From the NCBI RefSeq assembly GCF_006345805.1, contig NC_043016.1:30752001-30816000 (forward strand): DNA of 64,000 nt, in the 5' to 3' direction. A program made the translations under genes and the position numbers. Positions 50,771 through 63,959 of this stretch are shown piece after piece; position 1 is the stretch's first letter; each line of letters begins with the position of its first letter. Under the pieces are notes generated by a model. That model was not told the origin of the DNA and searched no databases. It saw nothing but the letters and a program-made list of their open reading frames with translations. The stretch comes from Octopus sinensis (taxonomy: Eukaryota).

Positions 50771-52134
50771 ATGGCGACTTGGTCATTTAATTTATACATT
50801 CTTCTCAGTGGTCCATTGTGCAAATAATGGTAACTGAGAACATAGTAAATCTAGGTGAGTGAAACTCAGTAGGGCAACCACTTTTGAAATAAGTTGAACT
50901 ATTCCTCAAATTGATGTACTTCTTTGTATAAAATGTCTTTAGTATAGTACACAAGCATGTTGGAAATTTGCATGAAATGAACTGTTAGTGATTCAGTCTG
51001 AACTTGAGTACATGTATGTATATTTGGCACCTGCTAACAAAGGTTGACTAAAAACTTTTTAAACTATCTATAATTTTAAAATAGAAAAATATAAAAGAAA
51101 AGATGAGGGCAAAATTGTATAAAAAGATTTTCATTCCTTGTAAATCTTTTTTTTTTTATTCCTAAATTTTATTTTTATCATAATAAATTTAAAAATTTAA
51201 TCTTATCATAATAAATTAAGAAATTTTAATATTTTCCTATTTTCCATACTGCTTCTATCCAGTAACCAAAATAGGTAAATTTATTTGGATTTTTTTTTTT
51301 TTAAATTCAAGTAAAATAATATTTTTCTTTGTTTGTGTATATTTTTACATATATTTGCATGATTGTTGGTTATTAATATCTGTTTGATTATTGGTAAAAT
51401 TTTGGAGTTGTAATTGTTTGGCAAGTGATGTAAACTGGAACCCTATGCTGGAACAGAAACAGTTACATCACATTTATTTAAGAAACTGCTTCTGCTATAT
51501 CTGCTTGCAGAGGAACTGCATCAGTGACCAAGTTGCAAAAGTGCAGCAAAACTTTTTGTCGCTTCATAATATATAATGTTAAAAGAAATTGAGTGGAATA
51601 TTTTTTGTGTGTTTTTAAATGTCTAACATAATACTTCTAGGATGTTGTCGCTTTAATGAATTACTTTAAATGTACTTAATTGGAATTTTACCAAAATATA
51701 TATTTAATCAAAATGGTAATTCCACTTTTTTATTATGAATTTTGTTCATTGCATTTGCTACATATTTTTCTTTCTTTTTTCTTTTTTTGTGGGGTATGTG
51801 TTTGTGTGCTTTTATACAGTAATTCTATTCAAGCATTTCAATATTTGAAGTTAAAACATATTATTTATAAAGTTTTCTAAATTAGAAAGATTTAATTAAG
51901 TCTAAAAAGATAATGTAATAAAATATTAAATACTATAATAATTAAAAATAGTGAGAATCAAAATTATATAATTTTTTTTTAATATTTTCAATGTCATAAA
52001 AATGTGTGTATGTACCTATATGTATGAATACAAATGTGTATGTGTGTGTTTATGTATACATACATATATGTATATGTACGTATCTATACATATATATATG
52101 TATATATGTGTATATATATATATATATTATATAT

Positions 52135-52171
<37 letters not shown>

Positions 52172-52174
52172 GTA

Positions 52175-52210
<36 letters not shown>

Positions 52211-52238
52211 ATGTGAGAAATGTAAATATTCATTTTAG

Positions 52239-52383
52239 AACTGCAGTTATTGTTTGGCGACAAATATTGGAAGAACTGGAGAAGGTTGCAAAAGCCAGGC
52301 TGGCAGCTTCAGAAATATATTATGAGAAGTGTGCAGAACCTGCTAAACCCTTAAAAAATGCAAAAGTTCAATGTTTGAAAAAG
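52239..52383 (+). CDS. FCHSD2: FCHSD2-like exon (145 nt): TAVIVWRQILEELEKVAKARLAASEIYYEKCAEPAKPLKNAKVQCLKK
   Basis: ttttag acceptor, gtaaga donor; F-BAR helix (VWxxxLE...R...EPA...K); lies within ORF 52006-52461. Confidence 0.93.
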
Positions 52384-53559
52384 GTAAGAAATGTCTTAGT
52401 ATTTGAATTTAGATTTTCCTTTTTTTTTCTTTTTTCTTTCTTTTTTCTTTTTTTTTTTTGAGGTAACAAATTATGATTGAATGGTAAATATAAATATATA
52501 GCATTATTTGTTTTAAACAGAGTATTTTTATACAGATATAGGCAACCAATGTAGAAAGCAATAAAAAGTTGGTGCTCAGAGGCAATCACATACATCACCG
52601 TTATTGATACTGCAATGTAATTTATGTCATAAACTAAACCCTGTAATAGTAGCTATGTTCACATTAATATTTTGAAATTCTGCACAGATGTGGCTGTGTG
52701 TGGTAAGAAGCTTGTTTCCCAACCATATGGTTCCAGGTTTAATCCCACTGCATGGCACCTTGGGCAAGTGTCTTCTACTATAACCTCAGGTCAACCAAAG
52801 CCTTGTAAGTGGATTTGGTAGATGGAAATCCAAGACCTGTTGAAATTGGTGATAGTCTGCATCAGTAATAATTTAACCAGATAATACTGTCAGCATTTAT
52901 CTTTACATCCCATTGAAGAGCAAGAGATTGAAGCAATAGGCTTTTCTCTTTCCATAGCAAATGAATTTACATATATCCTGCAATACAAGACTAATTATCC
53001 AGCAATTTTAGGACTGGAAATGTCTCAGATTTTTGGATTTTCCTGTTTCCTGCAGACAGTCTGAATATGTAATTGAAATATAAAATTTTGAAAAGTAAAG
53101 AGCTAAATTGCATTTATCAGATTCAATTTAATATACCTTTAAAACAAGGTTTGTTTGATATTTCTTAATCCATTTGAAATTCTTAAAATATATTACACTG
53201 TACCATGTATACAGCAAAATGTTTTTAGGAGGAAAAGTATATGAAGAAAATTAAAGAACATGATTTTATTTAACAGATACTGGTGCAAACTAATGCACTT
53301 CTAAAACAGAGTATGTTTAATCTTTAATAAACCACTTAAAAAAGTGAAGAACAAAATTGCTTTCAACACACAACATACAAAGTCTGTTTACTCAATACAG
53401 GGTACTGTGTATTACACAATATTGCATAGTATTCCCAGATTTCTGGAAGCCAGATAAGAGGTCCTGTACTGTATAAACTTACCATTGCATTTTTCCCTGT
53501 TCTTTTGTGTTTTTTAATAAAGCTAATTTTGCTATTTCAACTTTTATTACTTCATCTAG

Positions 53560-53696
53560 CTGGTGTCTCAACTTAGTCTCATCCAATCTGAAGTCGCACA
53601 AAGTGTTCTTGAGATGACAAAGGCACACAAAATCTACATTGCAGATGAGACACAGACAAACGATGCCAAACAAAAAGCAATGGAGGCTGATGAAAA
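53560..53696 (+). CDS. FCHSD2: FCHSD2-like exon (137 nt): LVSQLSLIQSEVAQSVLEMTKAHKIYIADETQTNDAKQKAMEADE(K)
   Basis: catctag acceptor, gtaatt donor; not in ORF track; phases 0/2 bridge flanking exons; resembles VDQLTKIQTELQETVKDLAKGKKKY. Confidence 0.9.
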
Positions 53697-54204
53697 GTAA
53701 TTTACATTTTCCATGTTTCTTTTTGAACCTTTTTATTGTTAATAACTGTGTTTTTTTTTTAGCCTTACATCAGCCTTAATCAAGCAAATCCTTGATCAAA
53801 GGTATTCCATCCATGACTATTCCATCACATTCTCAGGCATAGTATACAAGGGTCATATTATCCAGTAATGTCTTCCTATTTTGTTTGTTGAGTGTGATTC
53901 GAGAGAGATTTGCCTGTTATTTCTTGCATGACAAAACGACCATATAGGGGCTCTCTCATGGACTCGTGTAAGCTTCATCTAGAAAGTATGTGTCAGAGAT
54001 AGAGAGAGAAAAAGATAGAATCAGATAGACAAGCACTAACAGAGGGAAATGAAGAATTTCACAGATAAATTCATAAGCAAATATAAAATTTTTGCTTCTT
54101 TCTACATTTTACAGGTCAAGATTTTTTTTCTGTTCAAGATTAAGATACTTTGTATATAGTACAAATGTGTATCTATTGTCTGTACAAGTTAACATTGTTG
54201 ATGC

Positions 54205-54560
54205 AAATATCAGTTGCATTTCAGGAGTTCCTTGACCTTCCTCTCTTTCTTTCACCTGGGGATTTCCATCTATGGAACTGCTTCATGATGATGTGATGGG
54301 ACCTTCTGAGAGTGTGTCCAATCCAGTGCCACTTTCTTCGTTCAATCTCCATGTAATCTTCATGACTACTCTAGGGCGCTAATTCAGTTGTCAAAAGCCT
54401 CTAATGTCCTGCTTGGAGCCATTGTATTTCACTCGGTTCCAGAATGGCCATGTATCTCTTTCACTTAGCACTATTTAGCCACTTTCACATATGATTCTGA
54501 TGTTCCACATTCCAATGTGGAATATTGATTTTACTGTGCTTTTACTGTCAGGAAGGAGTT
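54205..54560 (-). mobile_element. RTE LINE fossil: endonuclease start fused to RT C-terminus (large internal deletion)
   Basis: IFHIGMWNIRII...SEIQWLQAG followed by IERRKWHWIGHTLRR...GERKRGRSRNS. Confidence 0.7.
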
Positions 54561-54977
54561 TGTGCAGATTTTGTTTTTTGTTTTTTTGTTTTTGTTTTTT
54601 TTTATCCTTTTTTTCCATCTTTGAACTGCCATGATACATTCTTACTTTGCACCATTCTTCTGACCCACAGAACTGTGACATTTGCTTTGGTTTATTTGTT
54701 GATGTTTTTGGAGCCAGTATAGTTTTTTTTTTCTTTCTATAAAATGTGGCTGCTAAAACCACACCAAACTGCAAACCAGGAAGATCATAGACTACTCTTT
54801 TCCCTGGTTTCTACTCTTTGAGCTTCCCAATGTGATTTAATTTGCCAAGGTGCTTATTTTCCCCACATGTTTAGGGAAACAGTCAATGAAGTAGCATTTG
54901 TTGATGTTTTTTCTGCTTTACCATGGGATAATCTAGAGTAAGCATTACAAGTTAACAACATATTAACTAAAAAATAA

Positions 54978-55315
54978 TGTCATCATCATCATCATCATCA
55001 TCATCATCGTTTAGCGTCTGTTTTCCATGCTAGCATGGGTTGGACAGTTCAACTGGGGTCTGTGAAGCCGGAAGGCTTCATCAGGCCCAGTCAGATCTGG
55101 CAGTGTTTCTACGGCTGGATGCCCTTCCTAACGCCAACCACTCCGTGAGTGTAGTGGGTGCTTTTTACATGCCACCCACACAGGTGCCAGGCGAGGCTGG
55201 CAAACAGCCACGAACGGATGGTGCTTTTATGTGCCACCGGCACGGGGGCCAGGCGAGGCTGGCAACGGACACAAACGGATGGTGCTTTTTACGTGCCACC
55301 GGCACAAGGCCAGTC
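54978..55315 (-). mobile_element. RTE 3'UTR with tandem units and (ATC)n tail
   Basis: same terminus as 4681-5100. Confidence 0.8.
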
Positions 55316-55724
55316 ATCTTCTAACAAAATCCTTTTATAAACTGTTTGCTTGGTTGTGTACCTAAGGAGTTCTCTTCACAACCACTTGGACCCAAGTTCA
55401 ATCCTACCATATAGCAAATTGGTAAATCTCTTCTACCATAACTTCAAGTTGACCAATACTTTCTGAGTGGAAGTTGGATAATGGAAAATATGTGGAAGCT
55501 CGTCATTGTATGTGCGTGTGTGTGTGTGTATTCATGTTCATATCTTACTCTGATATTTATTATTATTAAAACATCTAAACATTGGTAAAACTGCCACTCC
55601 TCAAATGAAGTTACAAACACCCCTTAGTCACTGACACCGACAGAAATGCAGTGAACCAATGATTGACCCATTTCAAAACATGTATCCAATGACAGTATTA
55701 TTCACAAATTGCAATGTAAAAGTA

Positions 55725-55757
<33 letters not shown>

Positions 55758-55759
<2 letters not shown>

Positions 55760-56134
55760 AAAAATGTGGCATCTCAAGGTGACTACAGTACCAGTGATTG
55801 TAGGATCTCTAGGAATGATTAAAAAAAGGTACTAAAACCTATTTGAAAATGATACCAAGCTTACCATCCCTACAGGAAGTGCAAAAAATCATGTTAACTG
55901 GAATGGCTCATGTACTGAGAAGAGCATTATCGCTGTGAAAACAACATCCATTCATGAATTTATTTATTTATCAATTTTTTAAATACAAAATTTTCCTGTG
56001 AATTTGCGTGTGTAATCTGGGAATGCATACGATGAGCTTCTCTGCCCTAAGTGTACGGAAAACACTCAGTGAGAAACAGAAGAAAATTTGAAGAAAGATG
56101 GAAAAAAAATAATAATAACAATAGCAATAATAAT
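55758..56134 (+). mobile_element. R4/Dong-like RLE non-LTR retrotransposon 3' end, inserted in (AAT)n
   Basis: EKMWHLKVTTVPVIVGSLGMIKK(fs)GTKTYLKMIPSLPSLQEVQKIMLTGMAHVLRRALS*; (AAT)n on both sides. Confidence 0.7.
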
Positions 56135-56589
56135 CCTTTCTTCTAAAGGCACACAGCCTGAAATTTTGTGGGGATGGGGATGTGTCAATCCCAGTATTTC
56201 ACTGGTACTTATTTTATCGACACCCTGAAAGTATGAAAGGCAAAGTCAAATTTTATAGCCTTTGAATTCAAAATGTAAAGATAAATGAAATACAACTAAG
56301 CATTTTTGCCTAGTATGCAAACAATTCTGCCAGCTCATTGCCTTAATAATAATTAATAATTAATGACTAATCTTGCTGGAATTAATGTTGCTTAATAATA
56401 ATTAATGTTGCTTGAGTTGTCATGCTTCAGAATCAGTGAGGAACCATATCATGGCTAAATAAACTTCTTAACCACAGCAGCCATGAGTGCACTCTTCTCA
56501 AGACTCACTGTAAGATGCCTGTGATGGGTTTTTCCCATGTGCATACAGAAAACAAATCGATCTATTTGCACTAATGTAACATAATTTAT

Positions 56590-57215
56590 GCTATACTGTA
56601 TTCTTCTTGGTTTGGCTTTGTAAGCAAAGATTTCCAGAAGAGAATGTCCACATCTGTTGCAAGCTTGCTGATGCCTGACAGGTCCAATTCAGGACAAACA
56701 GGCCTGACCGCAGAAGCTGCATGGTAAGGTGGGCTGGTCAAGGTTGGTTTTAATACCCTTGTTTTTCCTAATTTTTCTCTTGCCTGCAACGATAGTTCTG
56801 TGGTGTCTTCAAAGGAGACTGTTACCCAGAGGGTAGAGAGATGCCAGGCATCGTGGTCAGTGACCAGAACAGACCACTGGTGGTGATCAATGTGGCAGTC
56901 ACCAGGGGATTTCCTTAGAGAATCTTTGTATGTTTTCTTTGATGCTCCTCTGTCATGGTGACCAGAGAAGAGTTAACCATATAGTGTAATCATAGGAAGT
57001 TGATGATCGTCCATCCTGGCAACGTGTCCTGCCCAGTGTAGCTGGGTTTTCAGCAAAGTTACTTCAATGCTGGTGACCTTTACCTGCTCTAGGACCTTAA
57101 TGTTAGTGGCAAAGTCACTTGAATGGATGTTGAGGTTGATGCATATCATAGAAGTAAATGTGTGGTTTAAAGAGCCTTCTTTTTTCTGTTGAATTCCTTG
57201 AAGTTGAGACAAATT
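56590..57215 (-). mobile_element. RTE/BovB-like LINE 3' coding fossil
   Basis: TNIKVLEQVKVTSIEVTLLKTQLHWAGHVARMDDHQLP...LYG. Confidence 0.8.
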
Positions 57216-57480
57216 TGGTTTTATGTGCCATGCTAAATTAATGTAACAATAAGAAAATAAGGTAAAATATTACTCAGAATTCATTTCTTTTTTAGTCATC
57301 CTTTGTTTTCAAAGATGACCGAGACTCCACCTCTTATGTACCACAGCTGAAGATTGATAACTACTGATGTCTCTACAATACCTTTGTCATGAAATATATA
57401 AATGTTTTGTTGTTTTTTTCCTTTTTATGAATTTTTTATAATTCTTATCTTTTTATTTTATTGTCTTTTTTATTGCACAG

Positions 57481-57544
57481 GCTGAAAAGAAAATCCGTTG
57501 GATTTTTCAAAAGTATGACTAGTTTACAACGTAACTGTTCAAAG
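57481..57544 (+). CDS. FCHSD2: FCHSD2-like exon (64 nt): LKRKSVGFFKSMTSLQRNCSK
   Basis: long pyrimidine tract + cacag acceptor, gtgagt donor; resembles KLSLFQSRISLQK. Confidence 0.9.
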
Positions 57545-58183
57545 GTGAGTTTGTTGGGTTACATTTGTTGCCTGATTTTCTGAAAGTTTTAAATATTTTC
57601 TATATGCAGTTGTGTGGCAACCATGTGGTCTTGAGTTCAGTCCCACTGCATGGCACCTTGAGTAAATGTCTCCTACAACAGCACCCCCAGCCAACCAAAA
57701 CCATGAGAGTATATTTGGTATATAGAAACTGAAAGATGCCTATTGTGTGTGTGTATGTCTGTGTGTGTGTGTGTGTGTTCCACCACTGCTTGGTAACCAG
57801 TGTTGATTTATTTATATCCCTGTAACTTTGCAGTTTAGCAAAAGAGACTGATAATAGGTATCAGGCTTAAAAAATAAATAGTGGGGTCAGCTTGTTTGAC
57901 TAAATGTTTCAGAGTGATGCCCCTGCATGGCCACAATCTAAAGACTGAACCAAGTAAAAGATAAAAGATAAAAATAAAACTTCCTTTGTTCACAAAGAAT
58001 CATTAATATGCTTTAGTTCCTCAAGATGCATCACAAACCTGTAATTTGCTCCATTTTATTGCAGAAGACATCTTTTGACATGTTTGCCATGTAATTTATC
58101 ACTTCACATTTTTCAGCTCATAAATATATTTTTCATTTACTTACTCTTCAACAACCTTTGTGTTTTGCTCTCTGTATCCTCAG

Positions 58184-58312
58184 CTAACAACTCGATATGA
58201 ACAATGTGCTACAAAATCTACTGCATCAAGGAATGAATACTTACTTTGCCAATCAGCTGCCAATGCTCACCAAATACGATATTACAGTGTGGATTTACCT
58301 GAACTTATGAAG
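58184..58312 (+). CDS. FCHSD2: FCHSD2-like exon (129 nt): LTTRYEQCATKSTASRNEYLLCQSAANAHQIRYYSVDLPELMK
   Basis: cctcag acceptor, gtaaaa donor; RN(D/E)YLL..AANAHQ.RYY..DL motif of FCHSD/nwk. Confidence 0.95.
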
Positions 58313-58377
58313 GTAAAACATCCTACCAGTCATTTTTTTTTTATTGATGTATTTGCATTGCAGTAATTTAATATATA

Positions 58378-58760
58378 TAGGTGCGGGAGTGGCTGTGTGG
58401 TAAGTAGCTTGCTTACCAACCACATGATCCTGGGTTCAGTCCCACTGTGTGGCATCTTGGACAAGTGTCTTCTACTATAGCCTCGGGCCAACCAAAACCT
58501 TGTGAGTGGATTTGGTAGATGGAAACTGAAAGCAACCTGTCATATATGTATATGTGTGTGTGTGTGTGTGTTTTGTCCCCCAACATCACTTGACAACCAC
58601 TGTTGGTGTGTTTACGTCCCCATTACTTAGCAGTTCTGCAAAAGTGACCGATAAAATAAGAACTAGGCTTACAAAGAATAAGCTCTGGGGTCAATTTGCT
58701 AGACTAAAGGCGGTGCTACAGTATGACCACAGTCAAAATAACTGAAACAAGTAAAAGAAT
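58378..58760 (+). mobile_element. SINE family A, ~66 bp downstream of the 58312 donor
   Basis: full head, core and tail; further + copies at about 44390, 52685 (5' half), 57605. Confidence 0.85.
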
Positions 58761-60070
58761 ACAGCTTGCTGTAATGATTTTAGTTGTTTTTGTTTTTATA
58801 TTTACATCTCTTAAATCAACTTTCAGTACTTAAATTGGCATATTTTTGACTCCAACTGATATTTTATTTTTTCAACTTTCATTCAGTGAAAATTAAAGTC
58901 AAACTTGGCAGAACCTAAAAGCTGATCTCAGTCATTTCATCTGGTGCTGTCATGATTCTGCTGATTCACTGCCCATGTCAGATGAATGCTGGTCTAACTG
59001 AACATGAGCCAGTTATTTCCTAGCACTTTACTATTTCCTTTGTTACAAATCCACTTAAATCTTAGTTTACACTTTGTTGTATACTATTCCCACCGGAAGG
59101 AACAATTGATTGGTGTATGTAGTAGAGGCACTGAATAATGCTTTCAAATTCTGGAATAAAGCCAACAATTTCAGGGGAGTGGGTAGATTGATTAGATCAA
59201 CCCTATTGCTCAACTGGTACTTGTTTTATCAACCCCAGAAGAATGAAAGGCAAAGTTGACCTCAGCAAAATTTGAACTCAGAATGTAGAGACAGACAAAA
59301 TACTGCTAAGCATTTTGCCCAGCATGCTAACGCTTCTGCTAGCTCACTGCCTTAGAGGCGCTGAATAATGATGAATGTTTTGTTAATTAATTAATAGTAT
59401 CTTTCTATGATCATACAGAAGATAAATTAGATATCACTGCTGAGTGGTAATTAATGGATGTTTTTGCACTAATATATAATATGATATAATATACACTCTA
59501 CTGTATATCATAAAGAATTCCTTGATAAACAGAATTTCTTGAAATAAGGACAAATTTGGTTCTATGTGTCATGCTAAATAAATGTAACAATAAGAGAATA
59601 AGGGTAAAATAATATCCTTACTTGTTCATCCTTTGTTTTTGAAGATGACGAAGGATCTATTTCTTATGTACCATAACAGGAGATCCATAACTATTCATGC
59701 CTAAACCATTCCTTTGTGATGAAACTATAGCAGCAACATTATTTCATTATCGCAGACACCACAATGCAAGTTCCACAATTCTGTTTGTAGTTTCAAACAA
59801 ATTAAGAGATCTGATTTATATTGAACTTGGGTAATAGAGAGGGAGGGCTACACCGGATAATCAAACTCATTCTGTTATTCCTGCCTTCCTGGATCAGTGG
59901 CAAGACAGCCTAAAACTGAGTTGGGGATATATCAGAAATGCAGCAAGACAACCAAGGTGATCGCTGAGTCTCACTGTGATTTGTGGTATGCATTCACATT
60001 CTCCACAACAGCATTGCTTAATGTTACCTTTCTGCAGTTCAATATTTAAGAGATGAGGAATTATGTACAT

Positions 60071-60310
60071 TATTTACATTATTTATATTTGACTGATATT
60101 TGTCCTCATTTTGTTTGTTGTTAACACAATGTTTCGGCTGATATACCCTCCAGCCTTCATCAGGTGTCTTGGGGAAATTTCGAATGAGAACCCAGGTTCA
60201 AAATTTCCCCAAGACACCTGATGTAGGCTGGAGAGTATATCAGCTGAAACATTGTGTTAACAACAAACAAGATGAGGACAAATATCCTTCGAATGCAAAT
60301 AATGTAAATA
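60071..60310. repeat. Foldback of the H1 SINE tail; hammerhead motifs at 60123-60168 (-) and 60213-60258 (+)
   Basis: right arm matches 40450-40580; left arm is its reverse complement; spacer tgagaacccagg. Confidence 0.85.
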
Positions 60311-60334
60311 ATCTCCTTTCTGTCTCTTAAGTTT

Positions 60335-60960
60335 ATCATTGATGGTTAGATTTCCTTTACAACCTGTCAAAGACCCAGTCTTCACATGTATCTTAAGCAT
60401 CTCAGTTTATCTGGCCTTTGACAGATTTGGGTTTTTTTCGTGCCATAGACTGTCCAAAATTGCTCTTCTTGCCAGGTAGGTTTGGTGAATTTGCTGGTTT
60501 AGTCACTGACAAACTAACTATACAACAGGTTGTACTGATCTACATGCTTCCAGTAGCCCTTACAAGTCTTTTTGTCTTGAATTGTAATGATATTCACCCT
60601 GGAAGGGTTAAGCTGGCTCCCATTGAGTTCATAGGAATTTCAAGGAATGATCAGAGTCTGCAAAAACAGTTCCCATCTGTATTTGTAAGCCACCATACAT
60701 GACCAGTGGCAGGTCATCCTCGTATTACACCTTCTTGCTGCAGGATTCCCACAGACACGATCCAATGGCACCAGGAAGCCGCTGGATTCCGGATCAGATG
60801 CCACCTGGAATTCACCATTGCCCTCCAGTTAGCTCGATTGTGGTCCTAGCACCACTAGTCTCACACCTGTCTGCCTTGGGTGACCCTACTAGGGACATGA
60901 AGTCCCTGGTGGCATTGCTCTGCCACTCATTTAACCTTCCCACCATGATGAGGTAAAGGG
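60335..60960 (-). mobile_element. RTE/BovB-like LINE 5' region (degenerate)
   Basis: gtagggtcacccaaggcagacagg 5'UTR-like motif recalled from RTE elements; higher GC than flanks. Confidence 0.5.
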
Positions 60961-61679
60961 TTGGACTTTGAGAAAGGAGGCCTTACAAGTGAGCTGATCT
61001 CATTCCTTTACAAAATGTATGATTATTTAATTCCATATTAGAGATCTTTTTAAACATATTTAAATTCAAAAACCTAGCAACCTACACAAAGAAATGTCTA
61101 TACAATAACTTGTTGACCTACTAGAAATAGCAGCCAAGTCTCCCACAAATAATACCTTACCATCTTAAAAGAAGGGCACATTGAAAAATGTCCTAAATAT
61201 ACTATCTGCATAAAATATGAGATGGTCACATCTTTATAAAATATGTTTACAAGACCTGTAAGAAGTAAACAAAAGCAGATTGGTTTCTTTATCTTTCTGA
61301 GCACAAAGAGATAAGCCTGTGATGTAATCAATTTTTTTACTTTTCAAAGCAAGGCTAAATTGCAAGCTTATTAAAAAGAAAGTATACTTTACATTTCAAA
61401 GAAAGAAAAAGTCATGCTTAGTAGTTTGCTATTAAATTGATTAATATCTAATCTTATATTATTTTGAGGATACAACTTCATTCTAAAACAGTCTGTCTGA
61501 GACAAAACTCTGATAAAGAAAATTTATTTTCTGGTAACTTAATCCTTTTGTTTTGCATCTATGAGAATACTGTTCAGTTATTTAATTGCACCCCTGGGGA
61601 GATTGAAGTCATTAATAAAGCTAATTAGTGAAATTACATTTTTATTTTAATGAGTACAGCAATGAACCAAGATATGTGA

Positions 61680-61990
61680 TGCATTGCTGTACTCAAGAAG
61701 TCCCACCCAACACAACAGAAATGTGATCCTAAAGGTGCTACATAAAAAGCATTGTTATGAGTGCTGGTGCCATGTGAAAAGCATTGGTGATGGTGCTACA
61801 TAAAAAGTACTGCTGCTGGTGCTGTGTGAAAAAAAAACACTGGCAGTAGTGTTAGGAAGGGCATCCATCTGTAAAAACCAAGCCAAAAAGATTATGGACC
61901 CTGGTGCAGGCCCTGGGCTTGCCAGTTCCTATCAAACCATCTAACTCATGCCAGCATGGAAAATGGACACTAAATGATGATGGTGGTGGT
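61680..61990 (+). mobile_element. Older RTE 3' end with short (~30-35 bp) tandem units
   Basis: ggtgctacataaaaag / ggtgccatgtgaaaagca units; ttaggaagggcatcca; gatgat tail. Confidence 0.65.
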
Positions 61991-62669
61991 GGTGGCAGCG
62001 GCGGCGATGACGATGTTGATGATGATATCATTATCCTTATCCTTATTATGTTGTTGCTGTCTTGCTTTGGGTCAGTCCTCCTCAAGTACACCTTTGACCA
62101 AAAAGTCATGACCATATTATCCTTTTAGTCATATTTATTCTTATTAATATTAGATTAGCAGAATTGCTGATGTAGAGCAAAATGTTATGACCCTTTCGTG
62201 TTCTGAGTTCAAATCATACTGAAGTCGACTTTACCTTTCATCCTTCTGTGGACTAGTGAAAAAAAGTACCAGTCATGTAATAGGGTTCGTTTATTTTCCT
62301 CTACTTTCTCAAAAAAATTTTGGCATGTACTGTAATCATAATTCTGATTACTGCTGGTCTATGTTTTCTTTCATCTTATTCCCATATCAACCCCTGTTGG
62401 AATTTCATCCTAACTCATAACTTCATCCTTACAAATAAGTTGTATGGAATCACTGTTGATGTTCTAGTGGAGACAGTCCACAAGTTTAATGGCACTATTT
62501 CTTCTAATGCGAAATCTATCAATCTGAAAGAAACGACATTTTGGAATTTGTCACCAAAATGTTACCAAAATTGAAGTTACTATTCATTCTCAAGGATCTG
62601 CCAAGCATAAACAAGATCTTCCAGCTGATGGAGGCTACAAAAAAATGTCTAACCACAGAAACATTGAAA

Positions 62670-63070
62670 CATAGGTGTAGGAGTGGCTGTGTGGTAAGTA
62701 GCTTGCTTACCAACCACATGGTTCTGAGTTCAGTCCCACTGCATGGCACCTTGGGCAAGTGTCTTCTACTATAGCCTCGGGTCAACCAAAGCCTTGTGGT
62801 GGATTTGGTAGATGGAAACTGAAAGAAGCCCGTCGTATATATGTATGTGTGTATATGTTTGTGTGTCTGTGTTTGTCGCCCCAACATCGCTTGACAACCG
62901 ATGCTGTGTGTTTACGTTGCCGTAACTTAGAAGTTCAGCAAAAGGGACCAATAGAATAAGTACTAGGCTTACAAAGAATAAGTCCTGGGATCGATATGCT
63001 TGACTAAAGGCGATGCTCCAGCATGGCCACAGTCAAATGACTGAAACAAGTAAAAGAGTAAAGAGAGTAA
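62670..63070 (+). mobile_element. SINE family A, full-length
   Basis: head, core, internal microsatellite, gactgaaacaagtaaaagag tail. Confidence 0.85.
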
Positions 63071-63513
63071 ACGTTCTCTGCCATTTTCCTCTCTTTTCCT
63101 CAGCATTTTTCTTTTTCTGTTCTTTTTCTTCACATATATAAAGGAAAACAAATAACTTCTCTCATTCCTGCTTCACACAGATAATTAAATTGATTAAATT
63201 AGCAAATAAATCAATACTCCTTCAATTAGTGATAAATTCTACTACCATCAGACAACTAATGATCTCCATATACCTATAGTCTCTGGCTATAGGTATATGA
63301 ATATGTTTGTGTGCAGTTAGAAGGAATATAAATAGGTATTTGTTCATTTTTATGTCCATATTGTAAGTGTTGCAAACATGTGGTAGTTTTAGAATTTCTT
63401 TCAGTTTCTGTGTAAAAATCTCATTCTCTGTGATATAAGTCGCATGACAAAAATGACAGAAAAATATATGAATCCATTACAAAGATGAGAGTTACTATCT
63501 TTATTCATTAATA

Positions 63514-63654
63514 TAAGGTTGTCCCAAAAGTTCGTAGAAAGTCTTGGAAAATAATGGTCTTTATTTTGAGGAATAACTTTTGTTGTTTTTGTTAGTACTT
63601 GGCGAGTAAAAATTCAATTTTCGCAAGTATTTACGAACTTTTGGGACAACCTAA
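63514..63654. mobile_element. mariner-type MITE
   Basis: TIRs TAAGGTTGTCCCAAAAGTTCGTA / TACGAACTTTTGGGACAACCTAA with TA TSD. Confidence 0.85.
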
Positions 63655-63704
63655 TAGAATCTTGACTATTTCATTTGTATTTATATTTTGTTCTTTCCTT
63701 GTAG

Positions 63705-63827
63705 GCCTTGGATGGTGAAGTGTATGAAAGAATTCAAGATTATTTCACTATCCACACTAGCACAAGTGCTGAAGTTAGTGCCATTGAGACGAACTGCTTT
63801 CAAAAGCTGTCACATGAAGCTGAGAAG
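63705..63827 (+). CDS. FCHSD2: FCHSD2-like exon (123 nt): ALDGEVYERIQDYFTIHTSTSAEVSAIETNCFQKLSHEAEK
   Basis: ttgtag acceptor, gtaatg donor; resembles ALDGNVYDHLKDY. Confidence 0.93.
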
Positions 63828-63917
63828 GTAATGTCCCAGAATATTACTTTATATGTTATTTGTATTAATTCTATCCACATCATTATGATGATGATAATAC
63901 TACTACTACTACTAATA

Positions 63918-63959
<42 letters not shown>

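Noticed and set aside
51391-51576. Possible decayed duplicate or alternative of the 52239 exon (shared 10-mers attgtttggc and gttgcaaaag)
   Set aside because: Matches are not collinear without several large gaps, and no in-frame donor was found; likely chance
53479-53673. Minus-strand ORF with an apparent GTAAGT donor, suggesting a nested antisense exon
   Set aside because: It is the antisense of the 53560-53696 FCHSD2 exon and its pyrimidine tract; no partner exons or recognisable protein
56590-60960. RTE 5' part (60335-60960) and 3' part (56590-57215) as one split element
   Set aside because: Two conserved host exons lie between them, so they must be independent insertions
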